From an uncultured delta proteobacterium (GTDB lineage: Bacteria; Desulfobacterota; Binatia; Binatales; Binataceae), in assembly GCA_963765675.1 (NCBI GenBank), contig CAVXXK010000001.1, forward strand, positions 960,001 to 1,024,000: a stretch of 64,000 nt of DNA, read 5' to 3'. Below, piece after piece: positions 37,944-48,151 of the stretch. The position numbers and the translations under genes were made by a program. Every line of letters begins with the position of its first letter. Position 1 is the stretch's first letter. Below the pieces are notes generated by a model. The model was given only the letters and a program-made list of their open reading frames with translations, was not told where the DNA came from and ran no database searches.

Positions 37944-39555
37944 CTACATCCTGAATACCCCGAACTGTGCGGATGGCGCGACGGGCGCGTTGAGCGAGGC
38001 TGCGATCCCAAGCGCGAGCGCGTTGCGCGTTTCGACCGGGTCGATCACGCCGTCGTCCCATAGCCGCGCCGACGAATAGTAGCAGCTCGATTCGAGATCG
38101 TACTTTTCGAGCGTCGGACGGGTGAACTCGCGCTGCTCGTCCGCGCTCATCGTCTGGCTTTCGCGCTTCAACTGATCGAGCTTGACTGTGAGCAAGGTAT
38201 TTGCGGCCTGCTCGCCGCCCATCACCGAGATGCGCGAGTTCGGCCACATGAACATCAGGCGCGGACCGAACGCGCGCCCGCACATCCCGTAATTTCCCGC
38301 GCCATTCGACGCGCCGATAATCACGGTGAATTTCGGCACCTGCGCGTTGGCGACAGCGTTGACCATCTTGGCGCCGTCTTTTGCGATTCCGCCTTGCTCA
38401 TAACGTTTGCCGACGATGAATCCGGTGATGTTCTGGAGAAAGACCAGCGGGATGCGCCGCGCGCAGCAGAGCTCGATGAAATGCGTCGCCTTCAGCGCGG
38501 ATTCGCTGAACAGCACGCCGTTGTTCGCGATGATTCCGGCAGGGTAGCCGAAGATTCGCGCGAAGCCGGTTACGAGCGTGTTCCCATAGCGCGGCTTGAA
38601 CTCGTGCATTCTGCTGCCGTCGACGATTCGCGCGATCACCTCGCGCACGTCATAGGGTTTGCGCGTGTCGGACGGAATCACGCCGTAGAGTTCGGCGGGA
38701 TCGTAGTACGGATCTTCGGGCGGGTCCTGAACACCGGCGACTGATTCGCGCGGACCGAGGTTTTCAAAAATTGCGCGCGCGATTCGCAGCGCGTCCTCGT
38801 CGTCTTCCGCCAGATGATCGCTCACGCCCGAGAGCCTCGTGTGCACGTCGCCGCCGCCGAGCTCTTCGGCGCTGACTTCCTCTCCGGTCGCGGCGCGCAC
38901 CAGAGGCGGCCCGGCCAGGAAGATCGTTCCCTGCTCGCGCACTATGATGTTTTCGTCGCACATCGCGGGTACGTAGGCGCCGCCCGCCGTGCACGAACCC
39001 ATCACGACCGCGACCTGCGCGATTCCGAGCGCCGACATCCGCGCCTGGTTGTAGAAGATGCGCCCGAAGTGATCGCGGTCGGGGAATACTTCCGCCTGCA
39101 GCGGCAGAAACGCACCGCCCTGAATCGACCAGGTAAACGCACGGCAGGCGATTGTCCATCGCGATCTCCTGCGCGCGCAGATGCTTCTTCACCGTCATCG
39201 GATAGTACGTGCCGCCTTTGACCGTCGCGTCATTCGCGATCACGATCACCTCGCGTCCATGCACGCGCCCGATCCCGGTCACGAGACTCGCGCCCGGCGC
39301 GTCGCCGCCGTACATCCCGTGCGCCGCGAGCGTCGAAAGTTCGAGGAACGGGCTGCCCTCGTCGAGCAGCTTGCGCACCCGGTCGCGCGCGAGCAGCTTG
39401 CCGCGTTCCAGGTGACGCTTGCGCGCATGCTCGGGGCCGCCGGCGCGGACGCGCTCGATTTCCGCGCGCAGCTTCTGCACCTGAGCCGCAATGACTTCGC
39501 GGTTTTTGCGAAATTCCTCTGACAAGGTCTGGATGCGTGATTCGATTCGATCCAT
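37944..39555 (-). pseudogene. liuB: Methylcrotonyl-CoA carboxylase-type carboxyltransferase (beta) subunit, frameshifted near 39119
   Basis: The ANDATVKGG...YLVDSG frame and the GRIF...GSCTAGGAY frame join as DSGGAFLP if one G is removed; total length is 3n+1. May be a sequencing error. Confidence 0.85.
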
Positions 39556-39658
39556 ATCTGTCTCAAGATCTCCTGATGATGCCTGCCGCGGCGGTTTCGG
39601 CTAGATATTAGCGTTAAGCCGCCTCGCTTGCGCAGCGCAAGTATGGGCGCATCCGACA

Positions 39659-42007
39659 ATGCGTGACCGAGATCTCAAATCGCTCGAGTTCGACAAGGTG
39701 CTGAACCTCGTTGCCGGGCACGCCGCCTCCGAGCCGGGGCGTGAAGCGACGCTACGGCTTCGGCCCGCAACCGCAGCCGCCGAGGTTCGCGAGCTCCTGC
39801 GTGCCACCGCCGAGATGGTCGAATTGCGCGCCCACGCCGGCTCGCTCCCGATGCAATCCTTCGCCGATCAGCGAAACCTGTTGCTGGTGGCGTCGCGCAG
39901 CGGCGCGGTACTCGACGGCGCGTCGCTTTTGCTGATTCGCGATTTCGTGCTTGCCTCTCGCCACGTAGCGGGCTTCATGCGCTCGCGCGTCGAGCGGCTG
40001 CCGCATCTGGCGGAGCTGCATCAGAATCTGCTTGCGCCCAAAGAGCTTGCCGACGCGCTCCTGTCCGCGCTCGCCGACGATGCCACGCTGCTCGACGACG
40101 CGAGCCCCGAGCTGCGCCGATTGCGCCGTCGGCTGCGCGACGAACGCAGCGAGCTCGAAACGCGCCTTGCGCGCTCGCTCAGCGCCGGCGGGATGGAGCC
40201 GTTCGTTTCAGATTTCGTCGTAACGGTTCGCAATCGCCGCTTCGTGCTGCCTCTCAAGCTCAACTATGCGGAACGCCTGGAAGGTATCGTGCAGGACCGC
40301 TCGGTCTCGGGCGAGACGCTGTTCGTCGAGCCAATGTGGGCGGTCGAGTTGAACAACCGCGTCATGATGCTCGAACGCGAGGCCGAGGCGGAAGAACGGC
40401 GAATCCTGGCCGCGCTGACCGCGATGACCGGCGGCTACGCCCGCGAGCTGGAACTGACTTTCGCCGCGATGGTCGAGCTGGACGCGCTCAACGCACGCGC
40501 GATTTTTGCCGAGCGCTACACCTGCGTCCAACCCGAGATTGTCGACGACGGGATCGACTTCACCGACGCGCGCCATCCGCTGCTCTTGCAAAGCGGGCGC
40601 GAGGTCGTGCCGATCGATGTGAGTATCGCGCCCGGGCAGCATGGACTCGTCATCTCGGGACCCAACACCGGCGGCAAAACCGTTGCGCTGAAAACCATCG
40701 GCCTGCTTTCCCTGATGGCGCAAACCGGATTGCTCATTCCGTCACGCGCCGGTAGCAAGGCGATGGTGTTTCGCAGCGTGTTCGCCGATATCGGCGACGA
40801 ACAGTCAATCGAAGCCAACCTCTCGAGCTTCTCCGGCCATATCGCCAACCTGTCGGAAATCGTGCGCTCGCTCGACGAACCCGCGCTGGTGATCCTCGAC
40901 GAGCCCGGTGCCGGAACCGACCCTGCGGAAGGCGCGGCGCTCGCGATCGGGTTGATGAACCATCTTGCGGCTCGGCGATGCATGGTCGCGATCGCGACGC
41001 ATTCAACGGCGGTCAAGCTGCATGCATACTCGCGCGCCGACTTCGACGCGGCGGCGGTGGATTTCGATCCCGAGCGGCTGACCCCGCTCTACCGGTTGAA
41101 GCCGCATACGATCGGCCAGAGCTACGGACTCGCGGTCGCGCGGCGTCTCGGCCTACCCGACGAAATAATCCGCGCGGCCGAGGCCGCGATGGGCGCGGGA
41201 AGCGTCGAGCTGGACCAGGCCCTCACTCGCCTTGAGGCCGAGCGCGCGCGAATTTGCGACGACGCCGAACGCGCGCAAACGCGCCAGCAGGAGCTCGAGC
41301 GTGACCTCAGAGACGCTCGCGCCCAAGCTGAACGCGCTCGCGAGAAATCCGAGCTCGAGCGCACTCGTGGCCGCGCCGCGGTCGCGGAGACGATCGAGAG
41401 CATCCGCCGCGAGGGCTCGGAGCTGATGCGCGAGCTCAAAGAACGTTCAAAATCGCGCACCGACCTGGGGAAATTCGTGGCGGACGCGGCGGCACGGCTC
41501 GAAACCGTGGCGCCCGCGCGCGAATCAGATCGCGCTTCGCTGGATAACGAGCCGCTGCGGCCCGGCGATCAGGTCGAGCTCGGTGAGATTCGTGCCGAGC
41601 TGCTCTCGATCGATTCGGATAAAGCGGTGATCGTTCGTGGCGGACTCAAAATCGAAGTCTCACCCGAACGTCTGCACCGTGCGCGCGAAAAATCCACGCA
41701 ATCCTCCGAAGCGGGACGCAAAGAACGAACCCACGCGGTCACGTTCACCACCGACGCGGGCGAACATGCGGAACTGAATCTTATCGGGATGCGCTCGGGC
41801 GACGCGCTCCGAAAACTCGAGGAATTTCTCGATCAGGCTTTCCTGACCAACCGCGCTGAGGTGCGAATCGTGCACGGAATCGGCTCGGGCGCGCTGCGCA
41901 AGGCGATCCAGGAATACCTGGGAACCTCGCCCTACTGCGCCTCATTCACGGCCGCCGACCCGCACCATGGCGGCGCGGGCGCGACTATCGTGCAGATGAA
42001 TCTGTAA
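39659..42007 (+). CDS. mutS2: Endonuclease MutS2
   Basis: SGETLFVEP, GPNTGGKT, DIGDEQSI, DEPGAGTDP and C-terminal Smr HGIGSGALR. Confidence 0.95.
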   Translation: MRDRDLKSLEFDKVLNLVAGHAASEPGREATLRLRPATAAAEVRELLRATAEMVELRAHAGSLPMQSFADQRNLLLVASRSGAVLDGASLLLIRDFVLASRHVAGFMRSRVERLPHLAELHQNLLAPKELADALLSALADDATLLDDASPELRRLRRRLRDERSELETRLARSLSAGGMEPFVSDFVVTVRNRRFVLPLKLNYAERLEGIVQDRSVSGETLFVEPMWAVELNNRVMMLEREAEAEERRILAALTAMTGGYARELELTFAAMVELDALNARAIFAERYTCVQPEIVDDGIDFTDARHPLLLQSGREVVPIDVSIAPGQHGLVISGPNTGGKTVALKTIGLLSLMAQTGLLIPSRAGSKAMVFRSVFADIGDEQSIEANLSSFSGHIANLSEIVRSLDEPALVILDEPGAGTDPAEGAALAIGLMNHLAARRCMVAIATHSTAVKLHAYSRADFDAAAVDFDPERLTPLYRLKPHTIGQSYGLAVARRLGLPDEIIRAAEAAMGAGSVELDQALTRLEAERARICDDAERAQTRQQELERDLRDARAQAERAREKSELERTRGRAAVAETIESIRREGSELMRELKERSKSRTDLGKFVADAAARLETVAPARESDRASLDNEPLRPGDQVELGEIRAELLSIDSDKAVIVRGGLKIEVSPERLHRAREKSTQSSEAGRKERTHAVTFTTDAGEHAELNLIGMRSGDALRKLEEFLDQAFLTNRAEVRIVHGIGSGALRKAIQEYLGTSPYCASFTAADPHHGGAGATIVQMNL

Positions 42008-42022
42008 GGCTCGCGGCCGCTG

Positions 42023-42280
42023 TCAGGCTCGCGGACGAACCGGGATCACGTCCCAATGCTCGGGCGGATGCGGCACGAATCTGGCCGCCGCCGCGTTGCG
42101 GCCCATCGTCTTGAACATGCTCGCCTTCTGCGCCGCGTGGGCATAGCAGAAGCCCATCACCGCGGGATCCCCTTCCTCTTCCCCCACCACGACGAACACC
42201 CGCGCGCGCGCCGGCGTGCGTTCCTGCAGGCATACGGAGCAGGTGATGCGTCCGAAGAACTGCCGAACTTGTGTTTCCAT
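42023..42280 (-). CDS. Small hypothetical Zn-finger-like protein
   Basis: ATG with GGGGG RBS; CSVC...CYAH. Confidence 0.5.
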   Translation of the reverse strand: METQVRQFFGRITCSVCLQERTPARARVFVVVGEEEGDPAVMGFCYAHAAQKASMFKTMGRNAAAARFVPHPPEHWDVIPVRPRA

Positions 42281-42523
42281 ACGGCCCCCTTGATGCCAAA
42301 TTTGGCCCGGCCCCGCAAGTACCCCTTTGCGGAACATTTTTCTCTACTTTTTGTATAATACCAAATGTAGAGTTATAATACAAGAGCGCGGTGGCAGAAG
42401 TGTGCGTATGAATCTTATCCCTCGTCCTGATGGAGAGAGCTTGGGCGAGGGCCATTTCTCAGCGCGGTGCGAAGCAACGCACAACTATGAGGAACTTATC
42501 CGCGCAAATCCAAGCGAGATAAG

Positions 42524-45022
42524 CTAGAAAAGCTTCTTCAGATTGTTCAGAGGATTCGAGTCCGAGCCGCTGCCCGAGTTGCCGCCGCCAAGAAAGCCGC
42601 CGATTCCTTTTTTGCCGAGAAATTTGCCCAGCGCCTTCTGGCCCTGCGCTGAGAGCGCACGCTGAGCCGCGCGCTGCGCCAGATCCTGGATATCGGGCAC
42701 CACCATCGGCTTGGGCAACTGCCCGGTGATCTGCATCGGAAAATCGATCTGATCGTTCTTGTTGCTGATGTAGACCACCTCCTGCTTCTGCGCGACGATC
42801 TCCTTGGTCAATTGCTTCGTCAGCAGAATCCGCGCCGCCATATCGATGTTGCGGTCCATGTCGATCCATCCGTCACCGGTAAGCGAATAGTCAACATTGG
42901 TAATCGCGACGTCGTGCGAGGTGACCCGCTGCCCTTTCAGAACGAACGTCAGCGAGGCCGACTGGATATCCGTGTCGGGGTTCTTGAACAGTTCGGGATG
43001 ATTGTTCACCACCGAGTCCGGCACCAAGTGTCCGATACCGGGGAGCTTGTCTACCTTCTTGAGCGCGGTCGAGGCGACGTTGATGCCGACCAGCTTGCCC
43101 TGCGTCAGCAGAATCTTGCCGCTGCCGGCAAGCGTGGGTTTGATTTGGTCGAATTTGCCCGCGATGCCCGAGAGCTGGATGTTGCCGGTCAGCAGGCCGC
43201 GCACCTTTTGCGCAGCTTTCGAATTCTGTGAGACCAGCGCCTGCTGCACATCGACGTTGGTGGCCGCGACCGAGGTGCTGAACGGCGCCGACGGCGCCAG
43301 TTGAGTCTCACCGGTCGCCGAGATCTGGCCATTGAACGCGCCGACGTTCAGGCCCATCACGCGCAGCCGCTTGCCCTCGAGCGAAGTAGTGAGCTTCAGG
43401 TTCGTATATGCGACATTGTTCAGAAGCCCGGACGGCGACGTGAGCTGGTTCTCGTCGTCCACGCCGAACGCCTTCATGCTCGCAGTGCCAGTTGCCTTGA
43501 TATTGTTGAGTTGCTCGCCAGCCGGACGCCCCGGCGCAAAATCGGCGGTGTGGATCGAGTCGGCGGTCAAATCATAGCTGATGATCGGTGGATAGATTGG
43601 ATCAGCGTGCGCCTTCAGAGTCGCCTTCGCGGCACCCACATTGAAGCTCAACGGACCGATATCCGCTGCCGTTCCCGCAAGCTTGATATCACCGGTCACA
43701 TTGCTGACCGCGTTGGCGGCGCCGACGGCCGGAGCGCCGGGCTTGGGAATCGTCACCGCGCTCAGCGACACGACGCCATTGGCGGTGGGCTTGCCGTTGG
43801 CGACGCTTACGTCGGTGTGAACCTCGGTCTTGCCCGTCACGCCGAGCTTCGCGGCGGCGGGCGCAAGCTTCGCCAGCGATCCGATATCGAACTGATTGGT
43901 ATCGATCCGGCCGCTGAAGCTGCCGCCGCCGAATGCGATCCTCGTCGCCTTCAGATCGAGCGTGTCCAGATTCACCTGCGCGACTGCGATACTCATCTTC
44001 GATCCTTCGCGGTCGCCATCAACACTGATCTTGAGCACGGTGCCGGCGGGCTTGGTGAACGAATCGCCGAAACTGATCTGATTCGAGGTCAGGTCGGTCG
44101 TGCCATGAAGATGCAGCGCATCGAGGCGTCCTTTTAGCGTCGCGTCCACGCTGATGCTGTCGGAGACTTGCAGCTTGGGCGGGATCGCGTGCTGAATTTG
44201 CTCGAATTTGCGGAAATCGGCGAGCATGAACGGACCCGCTTTGAGGCTCAAGTCCAGCGGCACAGCGTTCACGTCGATACTCGAACCGCTGAGAAGCGGT
44301 CCGACATTCCCGGAGAGCTCGAAGTTCTGCGCGCCGGCCTCGAGCGCGTGCATCTTAAGGTCGACCGCGAACGCCGAGTTGAAGCTGAAGTTCTCAAGAT
44401 CGAAATCGATTCCAGAAATTTCAACCGGCGGCTGGTTCGCGTCGCGATAGACAATCTTGCCCTTATCGATCGAAAAATTCGTGACGTGCAGAGCGTCCAG
44501 CTGTTTGCGTCTGCGCTCTTCCTTGCGCCGCGACTCCGCCATCGGATTGCCCTGGATCTCGCCGCGAGGCGCGCGCGCCTCGCCACCTTCGCGTTCTTCA
44601 GAAGACTCCGGGTGTTTTCTCCCGACAGTCGAAAGATTGAGCCGCCCGTCCGCGTTGCGGATGATCGTTATCTCCGGATGGTTCAGCACAACCTTGTTGA
44701 TCCTGAGCTCGCGCGCCAAAAGCGGAATCAGCTCGACTTGCGCATATACATTCGAGGAAGTGATGAAGGGTTTGGCTGAAAATGCCGGGTCATCGCCAAT
44801 TTCCACTCCGGATAGATCGGCTACCAGGCCCCAGCCGATTTCGGCCTTGATGCTCTCGACGTGGACACTGCGGCCCATCGATTCGCTCACTCGGGCCAAT
44901 ACCCGATCACGGTTGTCCGCGATGATCGAGTTGAGGTTGGCGTCGGCGTAAATCAAAATCGCGGCGATTGCGACGATGACTCCCGCCACGACCGCACCAA
45001 TGATGACCAGTGATTTGCGCAT
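42524..45022 (-). CDS. AsmA-family protein
   Basis: N-terminal TM anchor, beta-rich body, ITIIRNADGRLN and G.GWID...QITGQL. Confidence 0.85.
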   Translation of the reverse strand: MRKSLVIIGAVVAGVIVAIAAILIYADANLNSIIADNRDRVLARVSESMGRSVHVESIKAEIGWGLVADLSGVEIGDDPAFSAKPFITSSNVYAQVELIPLLARELRINKVVLNHPEITIIRNADGRLNLSTVGRKHPESSEEREGGEARAPRGEIQGNPMAESRRKEERRRKQLDALHVTNFSIDKGKIVYRDANQPPVEISGIDFDLENFSFNSAFAVDLKMHALEAGAQNFELSGNVGPLLSGSSIDVNAVPLDLSLKAGPFMLADFRKFEQIQHAIPPKLQVSDSISVDATLKGRLDALHLHGTTDLTSNQISFGDSFTKPAGTVLKISVDGDREGSKMSIAVAQVNLDTLDLKATRIAFGGGSFSGRIDTNQFDIGSLAKLAPAAAKLGVTGKTEVHTDVSVANGKPTANGVVSLSAVTIPKPGAPAVGAANAVSNVTGDIKLAGTAADIGPLSFNVGAAKATLKAHADPIYPPIISYDLTADSIHTADFAPGRPAGEQLNNIKATGTASMKAFGVDDENQLTSPSGLLNNVAYTNLKLTTSLEGKRLRVMGLNVGAFNGQISATGETQLAPSAPFSTSVAATNVDVQQALVSQNSKAAQKVRGLLTGNIQLSGIAGKFDQIKPTLAGSGKILLTQGKLVGINVASTALKKVDKLPGIGHLVPDSVVNNHPELFKNPDTDIQSASLTFVLKGQRVTSHDVAITNVDYSLTGDGWIDMDRNIDMAARILLTKQLTKEIVAQKQEVVYISNKNDQIDFPMQITGQLPKPMVVPDIQDLAQRAAQRALSAQGQKALGKFLGKKGIGGFLGGGNSGSGSDSNPLNNLKKLF

Positions 45023-45188
45023 CGCCCGAGCTCCCCTTCCAAGCTGACTGTCCGCCGAAGTGTAGCCAATCAGTTGCCCAGACGCACGAGGCGGATCGAT
45101 CTCCGGCAGCGCTGCCGTTCCACGCGCAGGCGGCGCGCGGCATAATCAGTGCCGAACTTCCGCGCGACGCTCCTGATCGCAAATCGCG

Positions 45189-45965
45189 ATGGCCCGAAAA
45201 AAGAAAATCCGCCGCACCGACGGCCCTCCTGCAGCCGCAAAAAAATCGGCGATCAATCAGCCGGTCAGTTTCTCGCCCTTCAAGGATCTGAAAAAGCTCG
45301 TCGGTCAGCGCGCGACCGCGCGTCCTGCTCCGCCGCCGAAACCCGCACCGCCGGTTCCGGCGATTGCGAAGCCGGCGCCACCCGTCGATGAAGCCGCGTT
45401 GTTTCGTGAGGCATTCGCCGGGGTGCGGCCGCTCGACGCGACCCGCTCGGCGCGGACGCCAGTCGAGCCGCGCGTCGAGCACAAGGTCATCAGCGAAGAT
45501 GCCGAGGTGGTGGCCCGCCTATCCGATCTGGTTTCCGGGCAGGGGACGTTCGACGTCACCGAGACCGAGGAATATGTCGAAGGCGCTCGCGTCGGGATTG
45601 ATCCGCGGATGGTCACGCGCATCCGGCGCGGAGAATTCGCGATGCAGAATCACGTCGATTTGCACGGGATGATTCAGCCCGACGCGCACGCGGCCCTGAC
45701 CGCATTCATCGTCGATTCTGTGCGCAAGGGCCATCGCAGCGTATTGGTCGTGCACGGCAGAGGACTTGGCTCGCCGGGCGGTCGTGCGGTGCTGAAACAC
45801 GCAACAGTAGAGTGGCTCTCGCACGGAACGATCGGCGGCCACGTATTGGCATTCACGACCGCGCGCCCCGCCGACGGTGGCGCCGGCGCGATGTACGTCC
45901 TGCTCCGCCGCGAAAAGCAGCGCGCCCCCTTCGACATCCTGCAAGGCGCCAAGCGTCGGGGATGA
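45189..45965 (+). CDS. Smr/MutS2-C domain endonuclease (SmrA-like)
   Basis: LFREAFAGVRPL, VDLHGM, VVHGRG and GGAGAMYV. Confidence 0.9.
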   Translation: MARKKKIRRTDGPPAAAKKSAINQPVSFSPFKDLKKLVGQRATARPAPPPKPAPPVPAIAKPAPPVDEAALFREAFAGVRPLDATRSARTPVEPRVEHKVISEDAEVVARLSDLVSGQGTFDVTETEEYVEGARVGIDPRMVTRIRRGEFAMQNHVDLHGMIQPDAHAALTAFIVDSVRKGHRSVLVVHGRGLGSPGGRAVLKHATVEWLSHGTIGGHVLAFTTARPADGGAGAMYVLLRREKQRAPFDILQGAKRRG

Positions 45966-46027
45966 ACAGGCCGCCACTCTCCTCTCTCGTCCATCGTCTT
46001 TCTTGTCCGTCGCGCTGAGTCTTGTCC

Positions 46028-46278
46028 GTCATCCTGAGCCGCAGGCGAAGGATCTCCGCGAAGCGATTAGTGCGAACAACTCTGGCGGTCCTGAAAAATC
46101 GCGCGCAATTGCTCTCTTCTTTTCTGCCAGTGGCAGCCGACGGCCCGTCGGCTGACGCGAAGCGTCTTCTGCGCGTAACTCATCGGCAAAGGGTGCCACT
46201 GCCGAGGGCGAGCCCAGATGACGCTTCGCGTGGGCCGACGGGCCGTCGGCCGCTATTGACGGAAGAGGAAAAAGCAAT
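46028..46278. repeat. REP (GTCATCCTGAGCCGCAGGCGAAGGATCT) plus a 64-bp imperfect inverted repeat
   Basis: Arms 46108-46171 and 46215-46278 are near reverse complements; located between convergent genes. Confidence 0.8.
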
Positions 46279-46362
46279 CGCAAAAGAAAGCGGGCGCCGC
46301 TTCTGCGGAGCCCGCTTGTCGATCCGAGTATCTGCTTGCCGAGTCGTTGCTTGCAGACGCTA

Positions 46363-46701
46363 CTAAATCTTCGCCTGCAGGAAGAATGCGATGACCAGTG
46401 CGTACAGGGTCAACGCTTCGATAAACGCGAGCCCTATGATCATCGGAACGAAAATCTGGTTGGCGCTGTTCGGATTGCGCCCGATCGATTCCATCGCCGA
46501 GGCGGCCATCCTGCCCTGACCTATCGCGCTCCCAAACGCGGCAATTCCAATGCCGATATTTGCCGCCAGCGCGATCAATCCCGCGCGCAGCGGAGCACCC
46601 GAACCGCCTGCCGCAGCGGCCTCTTGCGCCATCGCCAGCATCGGCGAAGCCAGAATCGCGAAGCCTACCATCGCGATCACCGTACCCATTTTGCGAACCA
46701 T
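46363..46701 (-). CDS. atpE: ATP synthase F0 subunit c with N-terminal extension
   Basis: GIGIAAFGSAIGQG, RNP and FIEALTLY; RBS AGGAGG. Confidence 0.95.
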   Translation of the reverse strand: MVRKMGTVIAMVGFAILASPMLAMAQEAAAAGGSGAPLRAGLIALAANIGIGIAAFGSAIGQGRMAASAMESIGRNPNSANQIFVPMIIGLAFIEALTLYALVIAFFLQAKI

Positions 46702-46820
46702 CTCGAGTCCTCCTCGTTTTGCGCGCTTCCGGCGCCCGCACCGCCGCATCTTCTTTCCTCTACCACCACCAATTCGGGCGAGCGTCCGTAGTCGCGAAAA
46801 ATCCTTATATAAATTTTCGT

Positions 46821-47513
46821 CTAATGTTCGTGGCTCGCGGCCAGCCGCACATAGGCCATCGACAGCACTACGAAAATGATCGCCTGAATTACGCATACAA
46901 TCGCGCCGAGCGCATAGAAAGCGAGCGGAATCACGAGCTTCGTCAACCCGGTGAAGATGCTCAGCACCGTATGGTCGGCAAACATGTTCGCGTAAAGACG
47001 GATACCGAGCGAAAACGGGCGGAAAAGATTGTCCGCAAGCTCGATCGGCAGCATCAGGAACGCAAGCGGCAGGTACGGACCGAGAAAGCTCTTCAGGTAC
47101 CATGCGCCCTGCGATCTGAAACCCTGCACGATGTAATAGCCGAAACAGATCGTGCCGAGGGCAAAAGTCAGGTCGGAATCTCCAGTCGGCGGCTCCATCC
47201 CGGGAATCAGGCCGAAAAAATTCGCGCACAGGATGAAAACGAAAATACACCCGAAGAATGGAACCAGCGCGCGGTAGCCGTGAGATTCGAGCACCTCATG
47301 AACGAACCCATCGAGCCATTCGACCAGGACTTCGCACATCGCGCGCAGGCTCATCCCGTCGTCGGGAACCACCGGATCCTTCGCGCGGGCAAGCGAGCGG
47401 CGCGCGGCGAACCCAAACACGATCAGGATTCCCATCACGATCCAGGTCCCGACGATAACCTCGGGAATTTTTCCGCCGCCGATCAGCTCGAGAAAATTGA
47501 CCGATTTCTGCAA
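46821..47513 (-). CDS. atpB: ATP synthase F0 subunit a
   Basis: NFFGLIPG, RPFSLGIRLYANM and IQAIIF. Confidence 0.93.
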   Translation of the reverse strand: MQKSVNFLELIGGGKIPEVIVGTWIVMGILIVFGFAARRSLARAKDPVVPDDGMSLRAMCEVLVEWLDGFVHEVLESHGYRALVPFFGCIFVFILCANFFGLIPGMEPPTGDSDLTFALGTICFGYYIVQGFRSQGAWYLKSFLGPYLPLAFLMLPIELADNLFRPFSLGIRLYANMFADHTVLSIFTGLTKLVIPLAFYALGAIVCVIQAIIFVVLSMAYVRLAASHEH

Positions 47514-47537
47514 GAGGGATTCTCCGTGCGCGCTCGC

Positions 47538-47930
47538 TCAGGCCGCACCTGCGAGCGAGGCTCGTCCGGTTTCAATAATGATGGCGGCCAATTGAGTCAA
47601 GACTCCGAAACCGAAGCCAAGTCCGTCGATATGCGCACGCGTGAAAGCCAGGTACACGATTCCGACCACGATGAGCAGCTTTAGCGGTATCGCGGCAGCG
47701 CCCAGCCGCGCGGCGTTGCCTGAAATACCCGCGCCCGCGGCGGCCAGGACGAGGCGCCCGAGCGCCGCGAGGATCCACAGATTCGCGATCACGACCGCGC
47801 CGCCGAGCATGCATCCGATCGCGGAGTTGATCGAGACCAGATAAGCGAGGATCACCGCGGTGAGCGCCACCAGCACGATATTGGTGCGCTGAATCGCCGC
47901 GATAGTCGGAACCACCCCGGCGAGTCTCAT
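47538..47930 (-). CDS. atpI: ATP synthase protein I
   Basis: Four-TM protein upstream of atpB with GGAVVIAN. Confidence 0.75.
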   Translation of the reverse strand: MRLAGVVPTIAAIQRTNIVLVALTAVILAYLVSINSAIGCMLGGAVVIANLWILAALGRLVLAAAGAGISGNAARLGAAAIPLKLLIVVGIVYLAFTRAHIDGLGFGFGVLTQLAAIIIETGRASLAGAA

Positions 47931-48142
47931 TGTCCCATCGTCCGCTGCGCGAGCTGCAACTCACGAATCAGCCGGTAGAAGCCCAGCACGAGACCCGCCA
48001 TGAACAGTGCGAACGTCAGCCAGGGATCGGTGTGGAAATAGAGGTCGAGGTAGTGGCCAAGGATAGCGCCGGCGATGATCGGACCCGAAAACTCGAATCC
48101 GATTGCCATGAAGCGCGCCGCCTTGCCCGCCGTCCATTGCAT
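47927..48142 (-). CDS. AtpZ/AtpI-family small membrane protein
   Basis: GHYLDLYFHTDPW motif; first gene of the atp block. Confidence 0.85.
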   Translation of the reverse strand: MQWTAGKAARFMAIGFEFSGPIIAGAILGHYLDLYFHTDPWLTFALFMAGLVLGFYRLIRELQLAQRTMGQ

Positions 48143-48151
48143 CGTCGATTC

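Noticed and set aside
46363-47250. 295-aa ORF as a giant or fused c subunit; Na+-specific c-ring
   Set aside because: The upstream part overlaps atpB out of frame, and a strong RBS supports the 46701 start. EALT lacks the E-S/T Na+ signature.
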